Positions 12,301 through 26,244 of a DNA stretch of 64,000 bases are shown one piece after another. The DNA comes from Dicyema japonicum (lineage: Eukaryota; Animalia; Dicyemida). A program made the position numbers and the translations under genes. The stretch lies in NCBI GenBank assembly GCA_011109175.1, contig RDEW01000057.1, forward strand, positions 117,904-181,903, written 5' to 3'. The notes beneath the pieces were generated by a model. The model did not search any database, was not told where the DNA came from, and worked only from the letters and a program-made list of their open reading frames with translations. How positions within the stretch are numbered: the first letter of the stretch is position 1; every line of letters begins with the position of its first letter.

Positions 12301-15300
12301 TGATCCAACAATTCCAGAGAAGAGTGAATGTAATCCATAATCCCACAAATATGGTACCTCACAATAGTCTCATCTACCTTTAACCCCATACCCTTACCGT
12401 TCGGAGTACATTATCAACAATTTTTACCAGCATGTGGGTACATTTCCGATCAACTTTCAAGTGGGAGTTGATGTGGGACATAATTACAGAGAGAGCACTG
12501 TGATTACCACAGCTCGAAGCTCAATAAGCAATATAACTCTTTCATATCACTCAAGCACATCACTAGCCGCAGAAATGGAGTCAGTCCAGTAACCCCCTTC
12601 TCATTAATCTTCATAATCTGCGGTTCAATGTAACCAAAAAATAAAGCATCCCCCTCATCCTTCCTAACAGAAGTAGTGTACTACGATAACAATCACACAA
12701 ACAGTAATAATCCCACGTGTCAACATCTTTCGAAGTTTAATATTACTCTTAATGTGATAGGGTGGAGGAGGCTGGCATTCTCAACCAATTTCCGTGAAAT
12801 TGTGATCAACGTCAAAATAAGGTGGTAGTAAGTCTTCTCGAAACCATTATTTCCGGGATTTACTCTGTGGAGAGTCTCCACGTAGGAGGAGAGTAACTCG
12901 AGAGGACTTGGATGAGTCAAAAAACAACCAAATGTATTTTCTGAAGGAAATGGGGATTTTTGGAAATCGAATTGGTCGTAAAGTCGTTTACTGTGGGAGA
13001 ATATGTCCTCACAAGGCTGGTGACCATCAAGCACGTGGGTGAATGGTTGAAGCAGATATTCCTCCATCAGTTTCCATTCTCCTGGGACCGAGCATGTCAA
13101 CAAGGATTCAAATATAGCAGACGGTCGCTTGTTGTACTTTCCAACAGACTTTGCCGTCTGTAGTCTCCCATACAAAATTCTAACGTAAACATCAGCGACT
13201 ACCGGGTAATAACGGGGATAACACAACTCTGGTCTTCAACAGGAATATTCCACGTGGTCAGTAAATCCTTAATCTCAAAAACACTGGTCTTGTCGTCAAT
13301 CAGACTCTCCAGCAAACTCCTATACTTATCCAACATTGGGAGAGAGTAACAGAATAGAGCAGTCAAGGCCGACTTTCTAACGACCCCTACAGAGTGAGAC
13401 AACAGCTACAATCATACAAACACCACCTTGAAATGCACACAATCCTTGTTGTAAGGAATTCTGTGTTTTGAGAATATCCTTATAAAGGCGTCCAATTTAG
13501 CCAGCAAAAGTCTATCATTAATAAACAGGGAACTTGTAGTTTGGAGAATGTTCACGTTCATACTCCACAGGAGACTGAGTGAGGTCCTCGGTGACGGTAT
13601 CAGTTGTCTGGGAGTGTAACAGCTGATTGGTTAAAGTGAAATATCAGTTCATTGCAATATTTCTCCGGAATTTTCCATCCATTTTGTGGACAAGTTGCCA
13701 AAGCTGAAGGTGATAACGGGACAGAATATTGAGTGAGGTATGAGATGAGACACGTGCCTTTTGAACAAGACTATTGTAAAAACCACAGACGTCCATGGCA
13801 TTCAATTCTGTGCATTAATTACCATAAACCTCTGTAAGGAAATTTCATGTTCCGCGAATTCACGACTTGCATGAAGACCGGCCAAAACGTGGAAAATTGA
13901 CGAGAAAACTGCTGGGAAATGATCTTGAAAAATTCGTTCTCAAAATCACCAAGTTACAGCTCACATTGCCATCAACATCCTCAGATATACCTCACAATAC
14001 ATAAACCCTCCAACCTGCACAACCCATTCTTCCGCATCAGTCATGGACTCAAGGTTAAGTCGGTTGAACAGCACCAGCTTGTCCCTGTATGAGTATAAGG
14101 TACCCTCCATCTCATCAGCATTCATCATTTCCGATATTAACGAGACGTGTGACAACAGTTCGAGGGCATGATGACGAATATTATTATTGGGGGATGAAAC
14201 AATCGGAATTATTGAATTTACTATAACGGATATGTCCTTCGTCCCGACCACGTGCACTAACTTACCCAAATTCATCATAACTGAAAGCAAATCCTCCTTT
14301 TTTTCCAACAAATCGCAGTAAATACTCCATAATAGTCGACACAGTATCTCAGAACTCAGCCTTACACAGACATCTGTGATGACTGAGAATATCACACTGT
14401 CGTACCCAACCACGTGTATCATATTCTCGAGTAAATTTAATATATTATCACAGTCACTGAAAAGCGAAAGCACTGACAAACACGCCCACAGCTGCTCATT
14501 AGGGAATCCACTGAGGGAGTCGAGGACATTGATAACGTAGCCTTTAAGGATACTTAACTCCTCAGTCAGTACCAATGGAATGCCATTGTAGACAAACTCA
14601 GCCATTATGGATACTATCTCTGACGCTGACTTAATCCCACGTGTGTAGTCACGTGTTAATACACGAACTATAGGTCTCCTTGCACATTAGGGTCACCAAT
14701 GCCTCGGCAAAAGTCAACCTTCTGAGCCATATCAGAGTACACAATCTAGCATATTAAAAAGTCACTACATTATCCAGGATATCATTCATGGGGTACTCGT
14801 TCACCACACGAATAAGAAGATCCACCAAAAGTCCACTAGTACTGCGCAAAAAGTGGGGAACGTTCTATGCTAAAATAACTTAATACCTTAATAACTGACT
14901 GAGGGAGCCTGATCTGCTTAAAACACGTGGTAATGGCCACCTGTTTGTCAGGACTGCAGTCTTTCATCTCCTACTACAATAAAACGGCGGAAAACCATAA
15001 AAATGTCAAATAAAGTGAAAATACTGTCCTTTTTGATAATCGTTTTAGCTTTCCCAACAAACTGGCCAATCAATTGCTCTTCCAAGGGGAGTAACTCTCT
15101 CACAACCACCTCTGCAAGTGAATTGAGAGACCCCTTGACTCCAACTATTGAGAATCCTAACACGTAGGCTGTTATATTGACGTCTAGCTTAACCAAATTA
15201 ACAACAAATCCGTGAATGTCACCGCTCTAACCATTTGACAAGAAAATTTACTTTTCTCAGTAAAAAGGCGACACATTCCACCGCCGAGTCCCTGACATAC

Positions 15301-15949
15301 TCTGGATGTCGACTCCCAAAGAGCGGGGTCATGGCCTGGAGACAGGAAAATTCATTTCCATCCAAATACTTCCAGCTGTGAACCATAATCAGGCCCAAAG
15401 TGACAAACACTGACTCAACAAGGGCCAATTCTGTTGGATACTTCCTCAGCAGTTTGTTCACGGCTCGCATTACTTTCGGGAAAAATGGCCCAAACTCGTC
15501 CACCAGGTCCCTGGATAGTCCAAGTAGACATCTATAAGTGAATTTTGAGAAAATACTCTAATATGTGGTCAACTGACTGGATGTCCGAATCTGACAGACT
15601 TTCTGACACGTGTTTTACCAGTTTATTCTTAATTCGATTAAATAAGGTACCTTGTTCAGGAGAAGAAGGGGTAACTGCAAGAGAAGGGAAATATTTGGGA
15701 GTGGAGGAGTTCTAAGAAATAAATGAGTGAAATACCAAAGGATTGTCCGCTTGGAAGTTCATTTGATAGGGCTGATTCGAGGAACGTGTTTTTATCCTTG
15801 AAATAAAAAGAATTTATACATTTGGAAGTTCAAGTTCACGTATTGGTCGCTTACCTATCCTCAATTCGAGTTGGGAGACACGTTTGGAATGTTTAATAAA
15901 CTCAAATGACTTGTAATATTACCTTTAGTCGTTCTTTTTCCAGACTCAT
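9325..15949 (-). CDS. UTP20: U3 snoRNP/SSU processome HEAT-repeat protein UTP20, many micro-introns
   Basis: ATG at 15949, intron 15901-15922. Motifs LSRDLVDEFGPFF, VRDSAVECVAFLLRK, IPVITR|ILYGRL, DFFFNVTYMQ|VSRRCKAL, VDSFHF, SVRRIARGTL...LRSQLSTGF, EAKKS match recalled UTP20. The frame switches I checked are explained by 22-24 nt GT-AG introns. The 3' end is uncertain (about 9325-9467). Confidence 0.85.
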
Positions 15950-17099
15950 CAACCAAGTATCACGTGTTTAAGTTTAAAGAAAATTAACTAATTTTAAAAA
16001 TAATATTTTTTAACTTTCGAAATTTATTAATTTAAATTTAAATAATAATAATAATAAATTGTTCTTTTTAATTTCAAAAATACAGTAAACCATCATTAAT
16101 CAGAACTTCAATAATCCGAAAACTTCAAAATCCGAATTCTTTGATAAGTCAGAAAAATTTTACCAAAATTCCATACAAACAGGCTTCAATAAACCGAAAT
16201 TTCCTTATCCGCAATCTGAAAGACATTTATTAAAAATTTCTGATTAATTTATTTTATGTACAATTAATTAATTTAAGTACCACATGTTAGGAAAAGGACT
16301 GAAATTTATATTGTCTAGAAAAGAATGATTTGTTAAAAAATGAATTTCAGAATTATCCCATATCTGTGAAATAAAAATGAACCTTTATTAAGGAATTTCG
16401 ACACTTTCAGAATTTCTTAAAAATCGTGAAAAATGGGAAAACTGAAATTTTGATTAACAAGTCAAGACAGCTGGTAAACATCATCAACTTGATAATTCCC
16501 TTGTTGAATGGATTTCAAGAATGGATGCAATCAATGGTTTTATTACTGAAGATATCATTTCAAAGCTAAAATATTTGGTAAAAGTTAGGAATCAACAATC
16601 CTGAATTTAGTAAAGGACGCTACACAGATTTAAAGGAAGATTTAATCTTAAACTAAAAGTTCTTCACAGAGAAGCTAGAAATTAATTTTAATATGATTAA
16701 GTTAAAAGAAGTTGAGCCTGAAGTATTGATAAACACGGATGAAACTAGACTTTTTTTATTTTTCCTTCGAAAACAAATTCATCTAAAGATAGAAAGGGCA
16801 TAAAGCAATCAAAAGTGAAGATCACTATAGCTCTTTGTGCCAATGCAACTGGAACAATAAAAATTAAAACTTTAAAGACCAAGATGTTTAAAAGATTTTG
16901 ATTTTTAAAAATATTGTACTATGCAAATAAAAGGGCTTGGATGACAACAGAACTTTTTAAGGTTTTCATCAGTCATCTTAGTGATGAATCAAAATGTTAC
17001 AAGTTCTTTATACTTACTGATACACAACATAACATTTTTTATTAAAAACCAAAACATAGCGATAGTTATGGGGGATTACGTTATTAAAAATCCTGCCGT

Positions 17100-18730
17100 G
17101 AGGGATTGATTCTTCGCAGTTTTAGCCCAATTTAGCTTCACAGTATCTTCTGAATGAACGTGTCATCCACTTTGGTCCTCAGAAGAAAACCCTCAATCCG
17201 TTCCACTGCCACGTTCCTTACGGACTTGATTAGGGTTTCCTCCTCATCTAGGGCCAGATTGATTACCATCCTTCTCGTCTTGTCCGAAAATTGATTATTC
17301 TTTCTCTTTTTTGCGAAAAATACCATCCTTTACATCCGTAGACAAGAGAGGGCAGAATAATTCTTTCAAAAATAAAGATAAACGTTTCCCTCTTCAAATT
17401 GAGTTTTCGTAGACACAGAAGTGCTTGGTAAGCCTTTTTCATTTTGACACCTTCAACATAATCTCCTCTACGTCCAAAACAGACACCCAAATAACGTAAA
17501 TGATCAACATTGCTGATACCACTCAATGTGTACTCCTGTTGAAAAAACTTTCTATAATTTTGACTTTTCCATTGAGAGACTTAAGTCACGGGACTTACAC
17601 CACAAGAGAATTTCCTCCAAAAATCCATGTAATCTTCCCTCCGACACTACCGGACTTTTCGAAATGTCTGATATCAGTACGTCGTCCGCGTAAATAATCA
17701 CATTAGTACTAGGATTCCTGGGAGCCGGAAAATCTCTCATAAATATATTGAATAGCAGAGGACTCAAGACTGAGCCTTTTATTTATTTTAATAACCCCGG
17801 GAACACCGAGAAAGAAAGACAAAAGAGTCAAACAGTTAGGTGATCCCAGTCCTCGCAATCACTCGTGCCATTCGACGTCTGTGATCTTCCATCGTCCCCA
17901 CTACTTTCCGGAAGAGCCTTCTCTCGGTCTTGCAGAGGAATCCGATCGGGGAGGGGAATTTCTTATCCAATCGGTTTTTTCTTGCCATGGGAAGGATCAG
18001 GCGAAGCGGATTTCCATCTTCAAGACTGAGCCTTGTGGCACTCCCCTCTTCTAATCAATCTCTTCAGAAGTAAATCCTCCACATCTCACAAATAATCTTC
18101 TCTCTGTCAGAAATTTTCTTAACCAATCAAGTAAAAGTTTTGGGATTCCAGCTGCGATAAGCAGATAAAACAGTGCGTCATGCAAGACACTATCCAAGGC
18201 CTTCGATTTGTCTAGACAGACGACACTCAGCTGATATTTGAAAATTTTGGAATTATCAATCTCAGAGTTCAAGATGAAAAAACAATCTCCACATGATCTT
18301 TTTGGATTGTTCCTTGCTGAGAAATTCCGTAATTCGATTTGACGTGTAAGTCTTTATAAATCATCCTCATCATGATTCTTGAAATTGACCTTATTAGACT
18401 AATAGGTCTATAACCCAAGGGATCCGTCCTCGATTTTCCTGGTTTTGGAATCATCAGAATAATGGAATCCTTCCAAGCTTGAGGTACATATCCCATATTG
18501 AGACTTGCTACAAATAGGTAACAGAGGACTCAAAAAGGCAATCCGGATCCTCCTTGAATAACTTAAGGCGTATCCCGTCCATTCCAGGAGCTTTATCTCG
18601 GCATTCAATAATAGTTTGTTTTACCTCTTCTTTAGTAATACTTATTGGTAATGCTCCAAGCCACGCTTTGACGAAATCTTTTGAAAACATTAACATTTTA
18701 TTCTTTACAAAAAACACAACTCTCATCTTC
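17100..18730 (-). mobile_element. Non-LTR retrotransposon RT fragment (Jockey/CR1-like) inserted in the Tigger
   Basis: WKDSIILMIPKPGK..DPLGYRPISL, LDKSKALDSV, GVPQGSVLSPLLFNIFM, IIYADD, LRYLG. Confidence 0.85.
17779..18019 (-). mobile_element. 241-bp LINE-3'-UTR-only retro-insertion with 15-bp TSD
   Basis: tcaagactgagcctt at 17764-17778 and 18020-18034. Splits the GVPQGSVLSP motif; carries the shared GATCACC...CCCGGGGTT(A/T)n end. Confidence 0.75.
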
Positions 18731-19084
18731 GACCAATGGATGCAGTAATAATCAAGAACTTTAAGCACTTTTTTGTTAATTTACGGAAGGCCATCATTAT
18801 GGTATCTCACGCATGGAATAAAGTAAAAGAAGTCACAATAAAAATTGTTTCAAAAAAGACAGGGACAATAAAATGTCTTGATTCATATGCTAATGAAGAT
18901 ATAATGCAAGATCCTGTTTTTTATGTTTAAAAAAAGAACTGGAAGAACTTGTTAATGAGGAATAAATAAATCATACAGAAAGCCTCGACGATAACGAAAT
19001 CGTCATTCCTTATGAAGATTATAATGTCTACGAGGAAATTATGAAGCTAAATTGGAGAATTTTCGTTATTATTAAAAACCAAAA

Positions 19085-19610
19085 ATCACCGACAAATTAA
19101 ATAAATACATAGCCATCAGGTGATTCCGGCCGCCTCGAGTAGCCATCTGATTCTTGCTAGTGTTCTTCCTGAGTTCCAACGCATTTCCGGATTGGGCGGG
19201 GGTTTCTAACTTTTTTGGAGGGTAGTAGGGCTCCGGTTTTCCTCACTAATTCCTCAAAGGTGTAGGGTTTAGAGGTGTCCAAGAAAACCTTTGTAAAGCC
19301 TTACTGGCCATTTTTGGAAGGTATTGATTTTTTCTATATTCCTGTTTGATAGGTTGGTTCCCCATGCAGCACACCCGTAAGTTAGAGACGGTTGAATATA
19401 CTGCACGTAGAGCGATTCCAAATTTGAATTGAAACACCCATTATATTGTCCAAGGAGTGTTTTAACAAAATTTAGCTTTCGTTGTGCCGAAGAGATGACG
19501 TTGTCGATGTGTTTGCTGAAGTTCAAGAGTGGGTCGTAGGTTATGCCCAGTATCTTGACCGAGTTGGTCGTGGGGATTGAGTTTCCATTTATGGTTAAAT
19601 AAAACATAAT
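19085..19610 (-). mobile_element. LINE 3' fragment
   Basis: SVKILGITYDPLLNFSKHID...LYVQYIQPSLTYGCAAW, followed by the shared 3' UTR motif. Confidence 0.8.
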
Positions 19611-19764
19611 TTTTTGATTTTAAATAATTTGTTACATTTTTTTTTCTGATATATTAAAACAAAAAATTAATTAAATTAAATTAATATATTTATTACTTCA
19701 CAATCCGAAAGGCATCGAAATTTTTTTGGTTCAGATTAATGAGGGTTTACTGTAGTAGAAATTC

Positions 19765-20250
19765 GTGTTTACATTTTCAACAGCATTCTTTCAACGTGGT
19801 TACATCTATGAGGTCGGAGTGTTTATTTGGCATTCGTTATTCCGATATCCAGTAACTCTCCTGCTCACTGCATATCCAGACTGTACACTTTTGCATTTGC
19901 TTCTTACTTGGTTGGATCCCACCCTCATCAGGAATCCAAGTAGGATCATGGCAGCGGTTTTCTGCGTTTTTGAAAAAATAGGAAATCCATTGACGATGAA
20001 ATTGTTCATCATTGGAACGCTGATTGCTTCTAATGAAGGACATCCGGTCAAATTTTTTTAGACATCCTGCGAGGCTCTACCGTTCTACAGTTTGGACACT
20101 GGAAGACCACGTAAGAAGAATTCGGTAGATTATTGCCTTTTCACTATCTACCACAAACGCTCATCGAGAAAGCACCTCTCACAAGACAACGAAAACTCCA
20201 AAGACCCATATGAAATCTTTTTCTGTTGCTCTTCTTGGTTGATAGTGCAA
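19765..20250 (-). mobile_element. Tc1/IS630-like transposase remnant
   Basis: ENRCHDPTWIPDE...KCTVWIC resembles the ENPxxIxE..HPxKVTVWC segment; heavily decayed. Confidence 0.35.
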
Positions 20251-20599
20251 GTAAAATAAAATAACATAAAATTTGTTCCATGGAGTTTTTTAGAACTAAA
20301 TTACTCGTACGAGTATTTTGAATTGAGATCCCCCGATGTTAATGATGTCACAAAAAAGCGACAATATCTTCATTTGGCCTTTTTGAGTTTCATAGCTAAT
20401 TTTGGCAATCGAGAAAGCCGAAGAGGTTTTTGTTGGATCAGATTGCGTCTGAATGGAGGTCGTATATTACCTCTCTGCTGCATCTTTGGCAGGTTATGTG
20501 AGAAAGACTGATGTCTGAGTTCACTAGTAAACTGAATTTTGTTATTGATTAGACCAACATCGTTTCCGCTTCAACCTGAGCCTACTAGGAATAGCCAGT

Positions 20600-20900
20600 T
20601 GTGGATGATAGTTTGTAAGAAGGGGGAAGTTAATTTCTTGTAAGGCATATCCACGTTGTTCGAACTCATAAAAAAGCGGTTTCATTTAATGCCGTAGACA
20701 GTTGATGTTATGTTTTAGGATGATTACCATAAAATTGGTGGAACTAGATTTTCTTAAATGTCTCCAGATTTGATGAGGAAGTGGGAGAGTTACAAGCAGG
20801 CGGCTCTTTGGTACGTCATCATTGGATGAGGAAAAAAGGCGTGATTCTTTTTTTCCTTTCATTATCGAAATGTAAAAACACCACTATGTGGAAGTGAACC
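20600..20900 (+). mobile_element. Possible Merlin/ISXO2-like transposase remnant
   Basis: HKIGG followed by DEEVG..HW; weak. Confidence 0.25.
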
Positions 20901-23152
20901 ATATGACGTTCAAAATGACCGCCACGTGTACTTAATGTATTTTTTGGTAATTTTGGCAACCTAATGTGGTCGATTCCTAACCAAGATCCCTATTTGTACT
21001 AAATTTGAAGAGGACGGTCTTTGGAGGATATTGTGGTTTAATTGTCAATGTGAGCACTTTTTACAAATTCTGAAACCCCAAGCACTCACGATCGTGTTCC
21101 TGGCAGATGCTTGTAGGGGGTAAGTCATACCAGGATTTGGAGGGGTTGTCATATGAGCCGAATAATTTCTGCAAAGTTTTATGATTTTGGATTGGAAGTC
21201 TAGTATAGTTTGTTTATGAATGTTTGCAGATATTGACTATATTCCACAGGGGGTAGCTGGGTTAATCTTTCCATGTGACAAGTACACAGATTGCAGGATC
21301 GTAAAAACAAGAAAATTGAACCAATGTGTGAATAGAGGGAAAATTGTGGTTTTTGAAAAATTCTCGCCTGAACCCCACCTGCGTGGATGACATCTTTCTC
21401 TCCAACATTGCAGGAACAGCAACTCACCCAGGATCAGCATCTGAAAAGACTAAGACCCTAAAGAAAAAGAAATAAGAATGTTTTGGTGGAAAGTTCATTT
21501 TAGTACCAGTCGCCGTGGAAACATCATGACCTATAGGAAGCTGATCACTGACCCCGCTGAACTGAATCGGATCGCTTATCGTAAAGAGGGAAGAAGATAA
21601 AAGGGAAAGGTGCTAGGTTGAGCGCTTTTCCTTACAGATTGTCAGCATGAGCCGTTCTTGTAAACGGCTACAAGGATGGTATGAAACTGATGGAAAAATA
21701 ATTTTGTGTAGCTACTGTACAAAACTTGAAGATATACAATAAAATTGATGGCTTGAATTTAAAATCCAGCATTTACCACCACCATATGAAACAAGACGGA
21801 TAAAAAATATTTTGCGTCAGAAGTGGGGTTTTCAACAGAGATATCCACTGTCTCGTTGTAATGAATGGTCATTTTAATTAATCGTTAGAAAAGAGTGAGT
21901 CAAATTTGGTGTCTTTTCTGGATTCGCTGGGAAAATCGCTCAAGAATAAGTTACGCAAGATTGGTGAAAATGGGGAAGCTTGTGGAACAACGTAATTAAC
22001 AAAATATGCACAAATTTCTTCGATTGAATACAGTGAGTTTTGCAATTTTTCCAAATTAGTGATATTTGGTAATTTCAAAAAATTCATGAAGCAAATTTTC
22101 ATTCATTATTGAATCCTTCACATGTGCAACAATAATCCCATATTTTTAGATGATTTTACTAACTTAGAGCACAATAAATATCCTTTAGGTGTTCTTGTAA
22201 CTAAACATGAGTTTTTATAATTGTTTTTGAAGTTCGTTACTTATTTTTGCCTCTGAGTTCTAATAGCTTTAATATTTGAGAAAATACAAACCTGTGATTA
22301 AAAGAAGACCGATGATACACGACAAAAACAATCTATTACGTGTAATTTTAAAAAAATAAAAAACTAACAAAATTAAAAAAATAATGTGATTTCCACTGCA
22401 AAACGGAGAGTTACTCACAAAGTATAGAAACTACAAAATTGCGTGTACAGAATCAATAACTTTCAATAATTTTGGTCTGAGAATAAATAAATCAGTGGTT
22501 ACCATCTTAATTAGGAAGTTGATGAGGTATCTGAATTCCCGATAAGGATAGAGCTTAACATGTTTCCTAACTGTTTCCAATAATAGTTTTTGCCTGTTCG
22601 TTCAAATTTCAAAAATATCAAGAACGAGTAAAGTGGAGAACTATAATGGTCAATATAGGATTATTTTATACAGTCTTCACTATTACAAGCATGCAAAAAA
22701 TATATGAGATGAATCAAAAAATTATTGATAAATTGTGATCCACATGATTACTTTCAATAATAAAAAACTATACAAATTTTTCATAATGAAGAAATTCAAA
22801 AAATAAATCAAAAATTTTCTACGATAATATTGCGACCATACCAAGATTTTAAACTATTATTATTTAAATTGAAATTTATTTACAAAGACCACAGTTAAAG
22901 ACAAAACAAGAAATTATGTGATCCCAGCGAATTTCAATAGGGCTCTCAGTTTGGCCCGGTGGTCTTCTCTCGATCCAACACAAGCACGCAATAGACGAGT
23001 GATCCTCTGGTATCGTTGAGTTTGGCCTCCTTTTCATCTTATTAGGTCCTCCAAGGGGGTAGGTGTAGAATTTAGATCGCCTTTGATTCATTTTCTATCA
23101 CGGAAAACGCTCTTTTTTGGTTACGATAGCGACCAGTCTGATAAGATTTCAG

Positions 23153-24205
23153 CACATCAATTGGGTTCACATAAGCAATGGCTAGTCATCGTCGAAAATA
23201 TTTTAAAATCAATAATTATTTGATAGGGGTATACAAGTCGACCACTGAGTGTCTTTAAAGTATATAATCGGGGCATTAGTAAGTCCTGGATTGTCGATAA
23301 GGGAACAAGTGATAAAGGAACAAATGGACATAGTAAGTCCGGATGTTCAAAAATATAATAAATTTCCTAACCGGAGGGAGTCTTATGTAAAAATAGGAGA
23401 GCTATCTCCAGTGGGATCTCGCCCATCAGGATTCCCACGTGATTCCAATCTTGCTTAATATTTTCAGTTTGCTAAAACTGCCAAGCTTCAAATATGAATA
23501 TACGAAGAAGACATGAGCACAATGGATACCTCCATGAAGTTAGTACAATCTAAGAGGAGGCTCAAAGAATATATTAGTTATCGAAGATGGGTGTAGCATG
23601 ATAGGTTAAAACTTTCTGCACTACGTGTCACTCGTGTCAGGCTAAGTCAAAAATACACGCTACAGGAGAAGTAAGCGTCAGCTGCCTGTATGCTTTATCC
23701 TTTTTTATCATCGAACCTGTTGGACTTGACTGAGGAGATGGGAGCAAAAATTGCATAAGAGATTCAAAAAATATTGAATGCGTCTACAAGGTGCAAGTTG
23801 GAAATGTCAAATTTTGTTAGACGACAACATAAAGTAAACCAGAGCATCTTATGAAGTATAGAGTTATTTTAATTAAACAGGTGAGTTATCTTGTAGTATA
23901 TTGTGAAGAGGCAAATACAATATCGAAAATCTTATAAAGCCATGTTCAAAAAATCATTCATACATTACCAAGATGGTTGTCACGTGGAAGGGTGTTGGAA
24001 CGTTTGTTCGAATTACTAAACAAGCTTGTTGTGTATTTGAGCACATCAATTGGGTTACATAAGCAATAGCCTAGTCATCTTCGAAAATATATATAAAATC
24101 ACTAAGTAGTTGATAGGGGCATACAAGTCGACCACTAAGTGTCCTTTTTAGTATATTATCGGGGCATTAGTAAGTCAGGAATGTCAATAAGAGAACAAGT
24201 GATAA
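23153..24205 (+). repeat. About 165-bp diverged direct repeats (23153-23315 and 24041-24205) flanking a FAM200/Buster-type hAT remnant
   Basis: cacatcaattgggtt..cataagcaat...ataggggYatacaagtcgaccact...gaacaagtgataaa occurs twice. The interior encodes NFVRR and RWLSRGRVLERLFEL. Confidence 0.7.
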
Positions 24206-24599
24206 AATCCCACTGGGATTGTTTCTAAGTATTCTACGTATGGATAGGCTCAAATTGGGTGAAAACTAAAAAAAGGGATGATTACCCCAATTTAGATAAA
24301 TATGACTCAGCTCAGATAGGGGCGAATATTTCAACATTCAAAATCAGAAAACAGTAATAATCATAGCTGAGATTTACAAAAATAATAAACAACAAGACAA
24401 AACGTGCAAATTTAAATATTTATTGTTTTTAACCGAAAAAATAAAAATAACTTTATTAAATTTTAATTTTAAGGTTTTTAATGATTTTTGTCTTTCTTTT
24501 CGGTGATCCAGAGATTCTAAATAAATAATGATTTTAGACAAAACAAACGATTTAAACAAGTCACATGTAATGACGTTTATTCAGCACGTAAAAAATTAC

Positions 24600-25130
24600 G
24601 GGCAACACCACGAATAATATTGTATGACTTCCCGCTTCACATTAAGAAAACCCTTTCAATCTTTGGAGTCATCTCGAATTTCCATACTCACATTTACCCA
24701 TCAAGTGGACCTAGTATCCACGAGGATCCAACAGAAAATTGGAATTCTCAAGGCGTTCACTCACTCTCCAGTATCTTCCCCCCATTGTTAGAGCTTCTAT
24801 ACAAACGATTCGTTCTACCTAGTATCGAGTACGCCTGTGATGCATGAACACTAAACGTCCCCCCAATCATGAAATACTTTACGGAACGTCACTGGGACTT
24901 CCTCAAGATGGCAAAGTCCTCTGACCATCCTCTCGGACCGCACATTCAGGACTCCAAAACTATCAATTTCATAGAGTCCAGGTATACTCAGGATTTCAAC
25001 TCTTTCAGTGCTTGCCTTTGGAGTTTCAACCATCCTTCTATTAGTATACGCATAGCTGCATTAGCTAACGCTTTCTTGATCATATCTCCCTTGTCTCCTA
25101 AGGGAGATCCCATCCAGAATATTAATAACT
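24600..25130 (+). mobile_element. LINE C-terminal fragment
   Basis: LLYKRFVLPSIEYACDA motif. Confidence 0.6.
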
Positions 25131-26244
25131 TTTTGTAGTACATAGGATTGTCTGACTCCAACTATCAGCGGTGGATCTTCCTTCACGGAATCTGCTCTGG
25201 CTTTCAAATAAGTATTTATTGGTGGACACTTTTATCTGTTCTGCACAGTATTTGCCAAAACTTAATAGACACTACAAATTAGTTTTTGATCAACCCACGT
25301 GGGAGAATTAATTGAGATAAAAAACAAAAGCCTGTTCTGTCGGTTCCATGTCTCCCTTCCATGGATAGCTCAGAGACCTTCTTTTTGTAAGACCTCTCCA
25401 ACTAGAAAGGATGTTCTAAAGATTTTTCAAATTTGACCTTTTAAAACCACGTGCACAGCAAGTTCAGTGCCACCTTTAAAATCCTAATTCATTTCCTCAT
25501 CGGTCGAGACGCTCAATGCTTCGCAGGCATCCGAAAAGGAAAGAATCCCCCGCTTCCCTACTCCAGTAAAGGGGTTTCCGCAATGGCTGATGTGAGTGAT
25601 GCTTGTGAAGGATGTATCTCACTCCGATCAGGAGAACTGGATAAAATCTATTTCAAATATATCGGGGGTCAAGAAATAACCTGCGTCTATTTTCGGCCCG
25701 TATTGGAAATCCAATGAGTGTTCGAAAAAAAGGTTCATCCTTATTAATATGTTGGGTCGTTCGCAAAATAGCGAAGAAAATTGATTCTAGAGAATTTAAA
25801 AACTTGCAATTAATTGAACATTTTAAAGATATCAGAATCTAAAAGATAAAGCACCCTAAAGATACTTAGGCATGAATTTTAAACTCGAAAGAATTCTAGG
25901 AGATATTGCCCCTTGTTGTTATTTTGAAAAACGCAACTAAAAGAAACTTATCTCTTCGTTGCCTCTGCAACATCGTGGACAATTTTCCATGTTATATTCC
26001 TCCACGCTCTCCCTGAGAAGGCGATTTTTCGAAAGTTCTTTACAGTTTGTTGGCCATATGCAAAGATTATTTAACGCCGTTTCCTAGGGGCGTTCTGTTG
26101 AACAAATAAAATGGAGATATGTAAAAGGCGGAAAGTATGTCTGTGGGGCTGTAATCACAGGGAAAAGAATTAGTATTATAAGTAAACTCGTGAGATTATT
26201 TACAAATATATAAAAATTTAGAATTTTATAATTAATTACTTTTA

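Larger units (their letters stand above)
16083..19752 (+). mobile_element. pogo/Tigger DNA transposon with TIRs and nested LINE fragments
   Basis: Left TA-cagtaaaccatcattaatcagaac and right gttcagattaatgagggtttactg-TA form an inverted pair. CENP-B/DDE_1 remnants (RFKGRFNL, DETRLF, KITIALCANATG, YANKRAWMT, NAVIIKNFK). Confidence 0.8.
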
